Positions 63,498 through 64,000 of a DNA stretch of 64,000 nucleotides are shown here, piece after piece. The position numbers and the translations under genes are program-made. This DNA is from Lingula anatina. Taxonomy: Eukaryota > Animalia > Brachiopoda. The notes beneath the pieces were generated by a model that was not told the origin of the DNA, searched no databases, and saw only the letters and a program-made list of their open reading frames with translations. Position 1 is the stretch's first letter. Each line of letters opens with the position of its first letter. The stretch covers positions 16,306,001-16,370,000 of the forward strand of contig CM120641.1 in assembly GCA_051362555.1 (NCBI GenBank). Direction: 5' to 3'.

Positions 63498-64000
63498 CTC
63501 CCAGATGGCCCTGGTATCAGTGGTGACACTGAGATTCCACTACTGCTAAGTGAGACTTCACACACAACCAGTATCTTTTAAGATAGCAACAACAAAGGTG
63601 AATTGCTCCACTCAAATTCTGCCAATCTACACCCACATGTAAGGTCTATTTATAACGTCTACATCTATAACATCCCTAGGGACAATCAAGTGACCTCCTT
63701 GCGATTTAATGTCAATACCACACTCTGCTTGACATTGACTGTGACAGCAGACATAGGACTGGTACCTGTTGCAAATACAAGCATTATCTGATGATCCATT
63801 TGAAATTCATTTTCCTCTAGTAAATCCATTTAACGCTCTGGGTGAACCAGTTTTTGGACCCGAATGAATGCATTTGACTTTTATTGGAGAAATTCTTAGG
63901 TAAATGTAACTACCAGGTAGGTTGACTAGGGCTTGACTTTTAAAGATATGTTGTTTTGTGTACTACAGCACAAGCGAGTTTCTTTCAATAAAACTACTGA

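Noticed and set aside
63500-63830. Cys-rich frame upstream of the pLGIC start considered as an N-terminal extension
   Set aside because: All three minus-strand frames are interrupted by stops before reaching the 63497 frame; treated as UTR or intron.

Overview
AT-rich, intron-rich animal DNA, most consistent with a lophotrochozoan such as a mollusc (inferred from gene content and Helentron/HINE-type repeats). I assembled spliced gene models by hand from splice signals and reading-frame phase. In order: CCDC137 (-, runs off the left edge); two tandem OXLD1 copies (+); NUBP1 (-); tektin-3/5 (+); a 27-exon type-I membrane protein with a Gla-like module, 8 TSP1 repeats, 2 LamG, Ig, TM and a Ser-rich tail (-); NUBP2 (-); MXRA7-like (+); a 5'-truncated but open CR1/L2-group LINE (-); and a Cys-less (Pro-loop) pentameric ligand-gated channel (-). 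Introns hold a decayed ISL2EU-like element with a nested Kolobok-like insert, two Helentron/HINE-type elements with internal satellites, a Harbinger deletion derivative and several MITEs. The best leads are: (1) the pLGIC has no visible signal peptide and a long PPxY/phosphosite-rich C-tail, suggesting inverted topology; (2) a glutamate-poor Gla-like module keeps the Gla exon structure inside a TSP1/LamG/Ig receptor; (3) NUBP1, NUBP2 and two OXLD1 genes are clustered, and two head-to-head pairs match human gene order as I recall it. No searches were run; family assignments rest on recognised motifs.
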